From contig NC_087251.1 of assembly GCF_037042905.1 (NCBI RefSeq), forward strand, positions 3,474,001 to 3,538,000: DNA of 64,000 nt, in the 5' to 3' direction. Below the pieces are notes generated by a model. The model did not search any database and was not told the DNA's origin. It saw only the letters and a program-made list of their open reading frames with translations. Of the stretch, positions 12,301-25,280 are shown piece by piece; within the stretch, counting starts at the first letter, position 1, and every line of letters starts with the position of its first letter. A program made the translations under genes and the position numbers. The DNA is from Lytechinus pictus. Its lineage: Eukaryota.

Positions 12301-14400
12301 GAGATGAACAAGATCTTCCTTTGCGAAAACCATGTTGGTGCTCTGACCACAGACTATTTTCATCCATATGCTGCACTATTTCTTCCCTCACCATGGTTTC
12401 CATTATTTTGCTCACCACACTTGTCAAACTAACTGGACGGTAATTTCCTGGAGCTGTCTTGTCTCCCTTCTTGTGCAATGGAACTACATCTGCTAGCTTC
12501 CACTTAGATGGAACTTTTCCTTCATCCAGAGATGCATTGAACATATTTGAGAGTATTGGGGTGACATGTTCACCGAGTTCCTTGAGTACTTTGATGTGTA
12601 CCCTATCTGGGCCTGGAGATTTGGATTGGTCCAATGATTGTAACACTTAAAGGACATTTTCAGTGTCAATGTTGATAGATGTCAAAGGTTCGGCATAACT
12701 TCTGTCAGAAATATCTGGCATGGTCATCAAATCCTCCTTCGTAAACACAGAGCTGAAAAAATTGTTCAAAAGTACTGCCTTCTCCTCATCATCAGACGTC
12801 AAAGATCCATCAGGTCTGGAAAGAAGACTGATGTCGTGCTTTATTTTGAGTTTACTTTGAACATATTTCCAGAAACTCTTGGAATTAGTCTTCAATTCTG
12901 AGATCAACTTGGACTCAAACTTCCTTTTGGCTTGACTGATAACTCTTGTAGTCTCATTTCTGATACGATTGAAAACCCATCTAGATTGAGCCGACCTTTG
13001 ACTTTGATGAACATTCCATGCCTTGTGCTTCCTCTTGATTGCAGATTTGATTTCAGAGTTCATCCATAATGGTTCTGCTTTAAATAGTAGTTGAAGATGC
13101 AGTTGACTTGGGTACAAACTCCTCGGTTAATTTGTCAATAATGTCCTTAAACAAGTTATATTTGTCTTCACATCTTGATCCTCTTTAAAGTCGAAAATCT
13201 GATGGTCCTGAACAAAGTTTCTCATCTATCATTGTATCTTCCTCTGAAATAAGCATCTAGGGTGTGACATAGCCTACATACTGAGCATTAGACAGTATGT
13301 CAAGCTGCTTTAGAATGTCATTTACAAAACCAGTATCTTGATCCTTTCTTGTAGACGAATCATCCGAATCTACTTCTGGTATCCCCTGTAGTATCACATT
13401 ATTTCGCCTCCGAGCCTTTTCTCTCTCTTCCTCCATGCAGCCTTTACAAATAGACACAACATCAGATTGCGACAGTTTCAGATCATCTGGACTATATCTC
13501 TTAGCACTGGCTGAAGCTGACATCAAACCTTGAGAGAGATCAGCTTGTACTTCACTGACCGATTCAGTCAAAATCTGGAGTTTATGGTCTAATTCATAAC
13601 AGTGATCCTGCACTGAGCTCCACTTTACACTTTCTAACTCCAGTTTTGAAATTCTGTCATTTGCTTCGCCTAAGAATTTGCTACAGTATTTTTCTTAAAC
13701 AACTTGATCGGTTTTAACGGCTTCAGTTCAATTGCTCTTGATTCGCATTGAGCACAAAACCAGTGTGCAGCTCTAACTTCTTGAAATAATCAGAAATCAG
13801 AAGATGATAATCCGCTACAATTCATGCAAAACCATCCTTCACAACGTTCACATTCTATACAGTCAGAGTTGGTATCTATGAATGGTAATTTTACTACATA
13901 CAGAAAGAGGCTGATTCACTTTGATGAGAAACGTCATTTGTTTTAGTTGAGTTTTTCCTAGTTTTGCTCTTTTCAAGTCCTGATACTGATCATGCTGATA
14001 GAGTTCCTTTCTTATTCTTTCAGATTTTGTGTCCAAACTACTGATACTAGGAACTATTGAATTATTGATCCTGTCAAAGGAGCACTCTGGGAAAGTTTCT
14101 CAGGGCTGCCACCACTGACCACTACTTCGCTGACTTCACCCTTCCTCTATCATTATCAATTTAAGTCTATCCTCCATCTCTGAGACTATATTGTAAAGCT
14201 GGTTACTATTATTAGCAACTGAATATCTCAGACAAAATTACTTAATCAGCTTCACTCCTATTAAAGTAAGGCCTGGAAATATTTTAACTGTAACAAGTTA
14301 AGCCTGTAAATGTCCCACACATCAAACTCAAGCTTCAAAGGATATGTCTCATTCTCAAAACTCGACCAAAATTAAGCTAAATGTAAAGTAATTCGCAGTA
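9310..14400 (-). mobile_element. Decayed CR1-clade LINE (ORF1 with PHD finger; ORF2 RT), internally deleted and interrupted by a hAT element
   Basis: RT motifs SPGPD, NYRPVSLTS, QHGFRKGRSC, YLDYQKAFDSVPH, GIPQGSVLSP, MFADD, EKDLGV, LEKVQRRATK. ORF1 CIECERCEGWFCMNC..HWFCAQC (PHD) and RRRNNVILQGIPE. Stops and frameshifts present; 5' boundary approximate. Confidence 0.92.
10457..12166. mobile_element. Non-autonomous hAT-type element inserted in the LINE RT
   Basis: TIR TAAGCC(C/T)GAGT; 8-bp TSD ATAAGCAT (10449-10456, 12167-12174); subterminal ATCGA repeats; removal restores KKLHAY|GIQGKILNWI. Confidence 0.9.
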
Positions 14401-14740
14401 AAATTCCACTATCACAATCTCGTAAGTAGCATCTGCATTGCCATCATGTTAGTGCATAGGTTGAAAATCTCAGGTTTGGAGAATAAATACTGAAGTAGGG
14501 TGACTTACATAGTAACATACATTATCTGAATGAGAGTTTGATCACATGTACAAAGTCTAAACTAAAGGCTCTTTGATGCCTACTCTGATTTGACCTGCAA
14601 AATCAATAATTCTTCAATCAACTTCAAATCAAGGTTTACATATAATAAGTCATAAAATACATAGGCCCCTACATGGTTTACTTTTAAAATTTAAGTTTTA
14701 ATATTTTTGTCTTACATTATTACAATGGTCGATATCTTAC

Positions 14741-15900
14741 CGGTACCGTGGCGTGGCGTTGATCGTGGCCTGGTTCAGACTTCAGGTTGTACCCTATTAT
14801 TAAGTAAAGGCTATATCACCTCGACTTATGCTCGCTCATCAAAAGAATCTAACGTTAATAATAATATGCCGCTAGCTGGTTGTTTCTGCTTTAGCCTTTA
14901 GGCCTTGATCTTTTTGTTTGCCGCGCCGCACGAGTATCGTACCGTTGTACTTCTCCAGCGCGGCTCGAAGGTAAACGTCGCCAGAGTTTCGGGGCAAATC
15001 TACGGCCGTTATCGTAAGACACTCGTACTTTCAAAAACGGCGAGCGCGCCACTTGATTTGCTGGTTCCGGGTTCAACAAAATTTTGTAAATAATGTAGGT
15101 ACCCCGGTATTATATCACAGAGTTAACTCAGCGAAAATATGGCTTAGTCTTGAAAGCTGTTGCAGTCGTTCTTACTCAAATATAATAAGTCGTAGCAGGC
15201 TTATCCACTTTGAAAAATCATGAGACCGAACAAAAGTTTCGGAAAAAGAGTCTAGACCGGGACAAATAGGTAACCGGACAAATACCGGTATCTCCATTTA
15301 TCGTAATTAACTGCGTTTGTTAACGTCGAGACTCGATCGAGAAGAGGAATTGGAAGCATTATAGAGAATAGTCTGACATGTCTAGACTTAAGTCTGGCTT
15401 AGGCAGCAGTTTTAGGCGTAGGCCTACCTGGCATTTACAGAAAATTTATGTTAAACTTTAACTAGCGTAGATAGAGGTCCCTTCATTCAATGCTAGACTT
15501 TCTAACGGCGGCGTAGCCGTAGCCGTAGGCGTAGCGAGTGCATGTCCGAGTTAGCTTCCGAACGCCAGCCTGAATTCAACTCTGCTCTGCTGCCTGGGCC
15601 TGCGCCTGCACTGGGCTGGGAGTGACACTCAGCAGCGGACACCCCAGACCGTAGACGCCGCCTGCTTCCCGAGGACCTCGGCCTTACGATCACCTGCTGC
15701 ACTGCCGATGCCCTGGCCCTGCCCCTGAATGCATGTCGTTGTTCAACTTGTTGTTGGCGCAGGTCCGGCTCATTGCTTATTTCAGGCTGTATTACTCACT
15801 GTATTGACATTGTACCGGTACCGTATTATTTGTACTGTATGTGTTCCCCGTGCGTGTGGCCGGATTGTGTCTGCCGCTGATCAACAACATTGATTAAGTA
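14741..15900. promoter_or_regulatory. Probable shared (bidirectional) promoter and first non-coding exons of VRK (-) and PPP1R37 (+)
   Basis: CpG/GC-richer unique sequence between two divergent genes. Minus-strand donor ccg|GTAAGA at 14740; candidate plus-strand donors ag|GTAACC (~15270) and aa|GTAAGC (~15898). TSS positions are inferred, not shown. Confidence 0.45.
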
Positions 15901-16788
15901 AGCCAGGGCCAAAGTTCCAACTCCAATCACTGACACAGTGACACTGCCACAAAAAAATCAGCTAAGCCTAAGCTTGACTGGCCGTGTTTCAACTTGTACT
16001 ATTGTAGATACATGTACTAGACTGCCGGAATTCTAGACTTAATAATAATATCACTTAGCACCTTTTCTAACTTAAAAACGTCACTCGTTGTCGTTACTCT
16101 GACTCTCTGTTTTAAATTACTGTTGGCGTTAGGCATGTTCATCATGTCGACAATTGATAATCTTGTTCACTGCTCTAACAAATAACGTTTATACTATAGC
16201 TCAGAATTTAATTAGATTTAGGGAATTCAGTCAGAAAATATTCGCAAGACAGGATCTGAATCTGAGCAAACTAACAAAGCTAATTTTATTTAATTACAGA
16301 AAAGGAAATCAATTTAAGAAAGCCGATTTATGGCAATTGTAAATTATAGACATGTACGTGATGCAAATAGTTAGACTAGATTGGATCTAACTTATTTTGA
16401 CGTAGGGCCCTAGTGAAGTCTTCGGAAATTTTGCTTGCTGACTCACTATTTGTACACTGTATGCTTTGACTCTGACTTCTGAGTGGCTTGCTGAATGTGA
16501 ATGAAAGAGTTTAACCCATCTGCGTCTATGTTACGGAGTACATTAGCTGGTGACACGGTACACAACAACGTCAATACTCCAACAGTCTTGACAGTTGTCT
16601 GCTGAGTCGCTGACTAAGTTTCAGACAATACCAGGTTCATGAAGTTTCAAACACCAATCAATTACAGCTGTAATTAAGGATTCATACCTCTAGAACTATG
16701 TTTGATTGAAATGAAAGGAAATACTTATTTCTAAGATATCAAGCTTTTGAACCAGTGGCCGGTTGCCTGCTGCCAAAAGACTAGTAAA

Positions 16789-17122
16789 ATGGACAGTATT
16801 GTGTCTTCTGAGGAGTTAGCAGGGGGTTCTGATGCACAGACAGTCGTACCACTTCCGTTTAAAGAAGGGAGCAGTGCAGGTAGAGTCACAAGTGAACATC
16901 CTTTATCAGAGACAGAGATGCCTCCTGCAAGAATGGATCATGCAGCAGAGACATGTGACAAGACTGTTAAAGGAGACGCTTGCCAGTCAGATAGGGAAGG
17001 TTTGCAAGATGGTACAACAGTGAGTCCAGCCCCAGGAAAAAAGGGATCAGGACGAAGAGTCCGATTTCCTGAAGGGAGTCTTGTTACAAGCGAGTATGAG
17101 CCACCTAATCCATGGATTAATG
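16789..17122 (+). CDS. PPP1R37: PPP1R37 (LRRC68)-like, coding exon 1
   Basis: ATG in aaaATGg. Contains the PP1-docking RVxF motif RRVRF (17053-17067) followed by EPPNPW (cf. RVTF...EPKDPW in PPP1R37). Donor G|GTGAGA, phase 1. Confidence 0.85.
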
Positions 17123-19312
17123 GTGAGATTTTTTCCTTTTTTTTTAGTCTTGTAACATATGTCATACATCATGTCCTTTCAGGGAATGGAAATGATTTAC
17201 AAATTTAGGTCTATTCTTTTCCTCTAAAATCAAATTTTATTTGGGTTATATTCCCCTGAGAGGTAATCTTCTTCAGTATAGTCTGCTAGTGCTATCTTCA
17301 CAGATTTTTACAGAACACACATGGCAGAGTACTTAATACAGTGGCAAAAAGAAGCTGCTGAAAACTGCTTATCTAAAAAAAGAGCCAATGGAGTAAATTA
17401 GAGAGTCAAAAGGGGCCTAAGCTTTCGATCCTAGCAGAATCTTCGTCGGAGGCAAAATGACTTAATACAGTGGTGGATGTAGCTGTTGCCAACTTATTAT
17501 CATTTGTAGACAAAAGGTTTTCCCTCCTCCCAATGGCCAGCAGAACGTTGGCTATTCCATAAAGGGCAAGCCTACCCCAACATAAAAAATAATCGAGCAT
17601 AAAGCAAATACAAATTATCAAATTCCTAAGTGAAATAAGAAAGTTATGACTGGGACTAGTTATGACGTTCTAAATTTTTGCTTATTTTCACAAACACAGT
17701 TATAAATATGCACAACTTTGATTATAATGCAAATGAGAGAGTGAGAGTCAATGGTGTTAGAACACTATTTCTTTATTTTTATTATTTAAAGATAAACATG
17801 ACAATATGGAAGTCTCACCTTTATTCTTGTATCACAATCTAAGGCAATCCCACATAAGGTCAAGTTCACCCCAGAAATTTGTTGATTTTAATAAATCAGT
17901 AGAGTAAAATCAAACCAGCATAATGCTGCAAATTTCATCAAAATCAGATGTAGAATAAAAAAGTTATGTCATTTTAAATTTTCGCTTATTTTTCACAAAA
18001 CTGTTATATGCACAACTCCATGATATGCAAATGAGAGAGTCTATGATGTCACTCACTATTTCTTTTGTCTTTATTGTTTGAATTATACAATATTTCGATT
18101 TTTACAGATTTGACAATAAGGACCAACTTGACTTTAATTCCATAAAGTGTTAAAATAATGGTAATTCCACATGTTCAGGGAGGGATTCAATTTTGTTTCA
18201 CATGACAGTGAGGAGAAAATTACAATTTTTCATATTTCATATAATAAAATACCAAAGAAATTGTGAGTGAGTGACTACATCAGTCTGCTTATTTGCATGC
18301 CGGCCTTGATGTGCATATATTACTGTTTTGTGATATTAAGCAAAAGTAACCTTATTTTGCATTCGATTTGATGAAATTTTCAGTGATACGCTTGTTGGAT
18401 TTTTCTCCTTTTATTCAGATTAACTGTTTGTTGGGGTGGACTCGTCTTTCAAATGAGGAATCAAACCTTTTTTACCATGATGTTGAGGGAAAAATTAAGA
18501 TATTTCATCTAATAATAAAAAGAAACAGTGAGTGACATCATCAGTTCCCTCATTTGCATACCGACCAGGATGTGATCATGTGCACATACAATGTTACATA
18601 TACATATACATGTATGTACAAATAACTGTCTTTTGAAAATGAGCGAAACTTAAAAATCTAATTTCTTTTTTTTGCACCAGATTTTGATGAAATTTGATTA
18701 TGGATACTGTTTCTAAGAAAGCTAGAAACTAAAATACACATATTTAGAAAATTAAACATATAGGGGAAAATACTCAAAATAGAGAAAAATTTATTGCAGC
18801 TGCGAAAAATTTATTGCAGGGGCGAAATGTATTGTACATTTGTTGCTTTTTATACTCACGCCAAATGAATTTTGAAACTTTGAAGGGTATAAAAGAATCA
18901 GCGGGCAGTCAGTCCATTGCAAATCTTGTGCATTGGACTGCTTCCTCAGTTTATATTAGATAACCAATTCTCATGAAATTTTGGCACAAAAATTGATCTT
19001 GGAGTAAAGATGTGCAAGACATATATTTTGTGTTTGTCGGAAATCATGTTGCCATGGAGCAACATACATGTATTATATGGCGAAAATTATGTAAAAATCT
19101 TGCAGTTTGAATTCCTCAGTTTTCAACCAATTCTCATGGAATCTGGTTCATACATTGGTCTGGAGGTACATGAAAAGATGTGGGGGGCATTTTTTTTGGG
19201 TGTTTGTCAGAAAGTGTGTCACCATGGTAACAGTTTTATTCGCAAAACTAAGGTAAAAATCTTGCAGTTCAAACTAGAACATCAGATTTCAGCCAATTCT
19301 CATAAAATTATG

Positions 19313-19465
19313 AGATAGATCTATAGATAGATAGATACACTGTAGATAGATCTATAGATAGATAGAGAGATAGATAGATAGATAGATAGAGATAGATAGA
19401 TACATGTCTAGATGGATGGATGGATAGATACATGTACATGTAGATAGATACATGTAGCTAGATAA
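19313..19465 (+). repeat. (GATA)n/(GATG)n microsatellite
   Basis: Direct reading of tandem tetramers. Confidence 0.9.
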
Positions 19466-20762
19466 AATTGGTTTGAGGCAAAGATGTTTAAGACATTCTG
19501 TATTTTTCAGTTTTTAGCCAGTGCTCATGAAAGTCTGTATAAATATTCAACTTGGAGTAAAAACATACAAGATTTATTTTTTATTATGTTAATCACCTTC
19601 AGTGAATTCTAGTTTGGAAGTGGAAGTGCTGAACATAACAAAATCACCATTAGAGATAGGCATTGTAACAATTACATTATATTGGATGGCTCAGAATGGA
19701 ATACCATAAATATTTCCAAGAATGTGGGAAAATATTCCACAAATTGCAGATTGGCTCTAACAAGTGGAATATTTCTGGTATTTCATGAAATAAAGCCATC
19801 CAATATCATCTATACAACCCCCCCCCCCCCCAAAAAAAAGAGGGAGAAATTTAACAAGTCATATCACTTATCACATTATGTCATCACTTTAGGATCAATT
19901 TTGGTCAGTGACATGCGACTTACATGTACATGTAGTTCATGATGACGTCATTGTGATCTATGCTGCGCATGGCATTACATTCATTGTTGTACGCGTTGTA
20001 TATTTCATGCATTCGTGCATGCGCACTAGACTGTTGAATATGGTCTCAAACTCAACGGTAAATTTTGTACAGGAGCCTATGGGATATTCGTCGGATTTAA
20101 AGTATGGCTAAAACGCTCTATATAGATAATAATTATACTGAAAAAGGTAACCCCATGTACATGTACATGTAGCATGTAGGTGTATGAATGTGTACTGTAT
20201 AATTTCATCAAGAAGTACAACCCAGCTATGTCTAATGCATTGTATTTTAATTTTTTGGGTTTCATGGTTCAAACTTCAAATACGATTTTTTAAAAATGAA
20301 TTGTGTAGAGAATGATGCATAAAAGACTGCATTCATGAGGTGCTTGATTATCCATTTCTATAAAATGTCCACCTCAGATTAATTAGCCATGTACTTGAAC
20401 CTACATGTTTTTGTGTCTCGCCCACTTATGAAAATAACCAGAAATATCGTGATTTGCGAGGGCACGCAACAGAATTGTATCGAAACTTCATTGTGAACTG
20501 ACTGGGATGGAATAACACTTGTCATAAGAGCCTTGCACGTAAACTTTAATGTTGACCTGAAAATGATCTTTGACCTTACCATGTGACCTCCGACTGCAGC
20601 ATAACATGCAGGTCGCCTAAGTCCATCTACATGTACCATCCAAGTTTGGTTGAAAAGTGACTTACAGTTGCAGAGTTAGGTGTCATAAAAGAGTCTTGCA
20701 TGTAAACTTTAACGTTGACCTGAAAATGACATTTGACCTCACCATGTGACCTCTGACTGCAG

Positions 20763-21840
20763 CAGAGAAAAAAATACTTTTTTTTTTTTGCAGGAGCCAT
20801 TTTTCTAACTGGTCACAAATTTATGGGAGCCGTTTTTCAATTTCCGAGAGCAATTTTTGAATTTGCTAGAGCCATTAAAAAAAAAATAAATCACATTTTA
20901 CACATGTTGAATCTGAAGTATTGTTTGTTGTGTTTTAACTTGCCATCCGTACTATTTCTTTAACCAACAAAAGTAAAGATTGCCATAATGCCATTTGTTT
21001 AATGTGCCATCTGTACTATTTCTTTTACTATTAAAAGTGTCTAGTCTACATCTATACTAATTATAGTACAGTCCCAATTAACAGGGAAATTGTTCCTCAT
21101 ATTCCTACCTGAACTTATGTGTTCGTCTAGCTGACAGTTTTTTACTCATGGTTCATTATTTTTTCACAGAATTGTTCAAGCAAACAATTCAGAAATCACG
21201 AAGCAACTCCGAGAAATATCCGGTGACCGATGCGATGTGCAACTCAAATGCATTCGCCTATGCAGCTACGCACATGCACGCGGTGTCTATTTCACTACAT
21301 GTATCGCTATACGTGGGCCTACACAAACAACGAGGGTAAACAAAAAAGGACCCGAGTTCGGACTGACATTGTGATTAAAATAAAAATAGCAATGCAATTC
21401 CAGGACTATGAAAATGAATATCGATATTCGAATAACGGAAAAATATCCACTGGTAATTCATCGAAACTTTTGCAAAGATTAGACAGGGTTCTTACCAACA
21501 GTAATTACTTTGGGACTAAGGATAAATGGCGTTCGAGCTAAAGCTGGTTCGCAGCAGCAGCAGCAGCGCGCCCAGTCCCGAACTGCCAATATGGCGCCGT
21601 ACATGAAGCTGACGTTAGAGTACGGCGATTGCATTATATTGCACATAGCGCAATACAACACGCGCGGTTCTTATCCACCTCTATGTACGCTGCACAAGGG
21701 AAGACAGCGGACCTACGAGCCAGTTTTTTTCAAGGAGCGATTTTTTTTCCCCTGATCGCTCTCTCTAATGGGTTTGCGAGCACGATTTCAAAGCTTACGG
21801 GAGCGATATCACTCAGCGCCCCCTTGTATTTTTTTCGCTG
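20763..21840. mobile_element. Non-autonomous hAT-type element
   Basis: TIR CAG(A/C)GAAAAAAATAC; 8-bp TSD GACTGCAG. Confidence 0.88.
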
Positions 21841-22127
21841 GACTGCAGCATAACATGCAGGTCCCCCAAGTCCATCTACCATCCAAGTTTGGTTGAAAAG
21901 TGACTTACGGTTGCGGAGTTAGGTGTCATAAGAGAGTCTTGCATGTGAACTTTAACGTTGACCTGAAAATTACCTTTGACCTTACCATGTGACCTCCGAC
22001 TGCAGCATAAGATGCAGATCCCCCAAGTCCATCTACCATTCAAGTTTGGTTGAAAAGCGACTTACGGTTGTGGAGTTACACATGTATGTGTCATAAGGTT
22101 TGTGACGGACGACATTTGGATCCCTAA

Positions 22128-22543
22128 AGGCGACCGCACACCTTACGACTGGTCTCCGACCCGATTTTAGAATAAATTGTTGTAGAATTTGATGCTAATA
22201 TTGAGACTTGGAATATCTTACTGTGTAATGTTCTAAATCATCGTACGAATACCTATGATCAAATTTGTGACTATGCTATCATCCTTCTTAGAATAAAAGC
22301 GAATTTAATATCTAGTCGTAATGACGTCATAGCAGTCGTACGATTAGCTACGATTTGAAACTAATTGGGACTTTACTCCGAAATAAGGGCTTGCAATCTT
22401 TCAAAATTGTTATAATATTATTATTTCAATTAATTTCAACCTCAAATAAAATGATATGTTCCATTCACATCTTCAGAAAATGAGCAAAATGCGATTTGTT
22501 CCAAAATCGGGTCGCAGACCAGTCGTAAGGTGTGCGGTCGCCT
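22128..22543. mobile_element. PIF/Harbinger-type MITE
   Basis: ~41-bp TIR AGGCGACCGCACACCTTACGACTGGTCT(C/G)CGACCCGATTTT; 3-bp TSD TAA. Confidence 0.88.
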
Positions 22544-24314
22544 TAAGTCTCGCATTCACCTCTGGTGGGCGAGACAAAAATGAATCATGACTACAATACA
22601 TTATACATGTACATGTAGGCCTATAATTGCCGGATTATAATACTCGAGATGAAGTTTTGGTCTTCCATGTTGCATTAAAATTACATTGTGATAATCAAAG
22701 ACCCCTTTGGCATGGGAATGGTGTGAGAGATAGCCAGAAGCATGTCTTATTATATAGTGACCAAATTTACATGTTCAAGCAGTTACCTGATACGAAGTGA
22801 CAGATCAAGTGAAGTAACCACCTTAGCCCTAATGGGTTTGACAGAGTGGATCATATATCAACCACTGTATACTTAGCTGTCAGTAACTGAGTAATATCAT
22901 CATTTGTATCCCACACCTTGAATGTTTGTTATATTTTCTATTTTTTCAAACCCAGAATTTACATGTACTCATTACAAATTTCTTCTGAAAGATAGAAAAC
23001 GGCATAGTTGTATACATATGTGTAGATGATTGCACTGCACATGGTGTACATTTGCATGTAGACTCTTATAGGGGTCATGTAGTTCATATATTTTGAAAAT
23101 GTACATTTATGGCATTATGTACACCCTGACAATGTAAATTAATAATGTATGCATTTCCCATGTACATGATGTACATGTAGGCCTACATCATGAAATGAAT
23201 AACTTTGTTTGTGATTTTGTTTTTCCTTTAAAATTCATACATGTGCATGTATGCCTCTATGGTTTCCAGTTCTAATTATGAACTTGAATATGTATAGTTC
23301 CAATTGCAGTATAAGCCTATCCTTCAATTGATTGCATTATTAGCACTGTGTATTACTGTATCCTGCCAATGTTACTTCATTTCTGCCCTACATGTATATA
23401 GGCTAATGGCCATCTAGATTAACCCCACATGCATGGACACAGGCGTGTATCATTTCTCATCACATCACAAAGAACATACATTTTAACAAAATATCAACTT
23501 TCAATTTTGTAATGAATGACAACCACCAACTTTTAAAACATTGAGATTGTGGAAGGAATGCAGTTTCAGCAACATGCATTTGGCTTATCTAGGCTTGTAG
23601 TGTAGGCTGATTCTGCATTTTAGTTCAAACAGGTGGAAAGTAATAAACATAAAGTAAAAAAAAGAATGATCATGAGGAATTAGAGACCTACTCCATCGCC
23701 AATAAGACTAAAATCAATTGCAACCCCATGTATGTACATTAGGCATTCATAACAGCTACCTATGCACATGTACCTGCATCACCACTTGTTCAACAAAGTC
23801 CTTTTTAAGTCCATAGTGCTGATTACCACATTTGTATAATTATTTTTTTAGGGCAAGAAGTTTATCTGAAATAGAAAATGGTTGTGTCCATGACTCCATG
23901 TCTACATGATGAGTCAGTTTAATTGTCTATGAATACATGTACATGTACATGTAGGTATTGGAATTGCTATTGATATTTTTTTTTTGACAAATGAAATTTT
24001 CTTTAATAAAAGAATAATAACACATACAATGGTGTTGCAATATGGAAAGGCAGCAGGCCAATGAAGAATGAACAAACTCAAGATAAACCATTATTTAAGT
24101 GGACACCATGAGTCATCCCCTCCTGAATCAAGACAAATTTCAAGGGGAGTAGCAGGTCTATCAACTACATGTGTTTGTATGTACTGCATATATATCCATA
24201 TTATGAATGTAGATCTTCAATCTTCATTATCTTTTGTGAATTTCCCTTGGGTATATTATTGTGATGGAGGATCATTATCAGAAATGATCAAAGTTGTAAT
24301 GTTTACCAGTCTTC

Positions 24315-25280
24315 TTTTATTAATATGCCCGTCCTAGAGTGTTTGACTTAACCTCGGCTCATATAATTTGGTGTGTATGATACTAGCATGGATCCCAGGA
24401 AGCCTATTGATTTTGAGGTCTAAAGGTCAAAGGTCAAGGTCACAGTGACATGTTTTCATCTTACCCTTCTGCAGTCCTTGTAAACATGATAACTTCAGTT
24501 TAATGTAACCTAGGCTCATATAATTTGTTGTGTATGATACAAGCATGTATCCCAGGAAGCCTATTGATTTTGAGGTCAAAAGGTCAAACGTCAAGGTCAC
24601 AGTGACATGTTTTCATCTTACCCTTCTGCAGTCCTTGTAAACATGAACTTCAGTACCTACATGTAGGCTCATATAATTTGTTTTGTATGATCCCAGGAAG
24701 CCTATTGATTTTGAGGTCAAAAGGTCATAGGTCAAGGTCACAGTGACATATTTTCGTCTTGCCCTTCTGCAGTCCTTGTAAATGCGATAGCTTCAGTTTA
24801 ACTTAACCTAGGCTCATACAATTTGGTATGTATGATATTAGCATGGATCCCAGGAAGCCTATTGATTTTGAGGTCAAAAGGTCAAGATCACAGTGACATG
24901 TTTTCATCTTACCTTTCTGAAGTCCTTGTTAACACAATAACTTTAGTTGAACTTAACCTAGGCTCATATAATTTGGTGTGTATGATACTAGCATGGATCC
25001 CAGGAAGCCTATTGATTTTGAGGTCAAAAGGTCAAGATCACAGTGACATGTTTTCACCTTACCCTGCTGCAGTCCTTGTTAACACAATAACTTTAGTTGA
25101 ACTTAACCTAGGCTCATATAATTTGGTGTGTATGATACTAGCATAGATCTCAACAATTCTATTGATTTTGAGGTTAGAAGGTCAAAGGTGAAGTCGCCAC
25201 CTTCCACTTGCTTGACCAATAGCTCCATTTTCCATGTTACAGGCGGGCGTATTATGTGCTGGCCATAGTGACACTCTTGT
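24315..25280 (-). mobile_element. Helentron-type element with ~5.5 tandem ~150-bp units
   Basis: Units anchored by (t)aggctcatataatttg at ~24354, 24510, 24664, 24808, 24959, 25109; subterminal IR aatatgcccgtc / ggcgggcgtatt; ends cttgt in a T-run. Confidence 0.75.

Larger units (their letters stand above)
20410..22580 (+). mobile_element. Helentron-type element with ~155-bp tandem units, host to two nested insertions
   Basis: Repeated tgacctgaaaatgacctttgaccttaccatgtgacctccgactgcagc units; 3' hairpin gtctcgc..gcgagac followed by an A-run; matching gtctcgcccac at ~20416. Confidence 0.65.

Noticed and set aside
9614..13117. Functional or domesticated reverse transcriptase (retron/DGR-like system)
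   Set aside because: Ordinary CR1 RT with stops, frameshifts, a hAT insertion and a missing endonuclease.
15502..15702. Minus-strand Arg-rich ORF
   Set aside because: Low-complexity reading of GC-rich promoter/intron sequence (cgtagc repeats); no homology recognised.
24350..25190. CRISPR-like array or repeat protein (ORF 24823-25146)
   Set aside because: Contiguous ~150-bp tandem units with no unique spacers and no cas genes, in a eukaryotic intron; the ORF is a by-product of the repeat.
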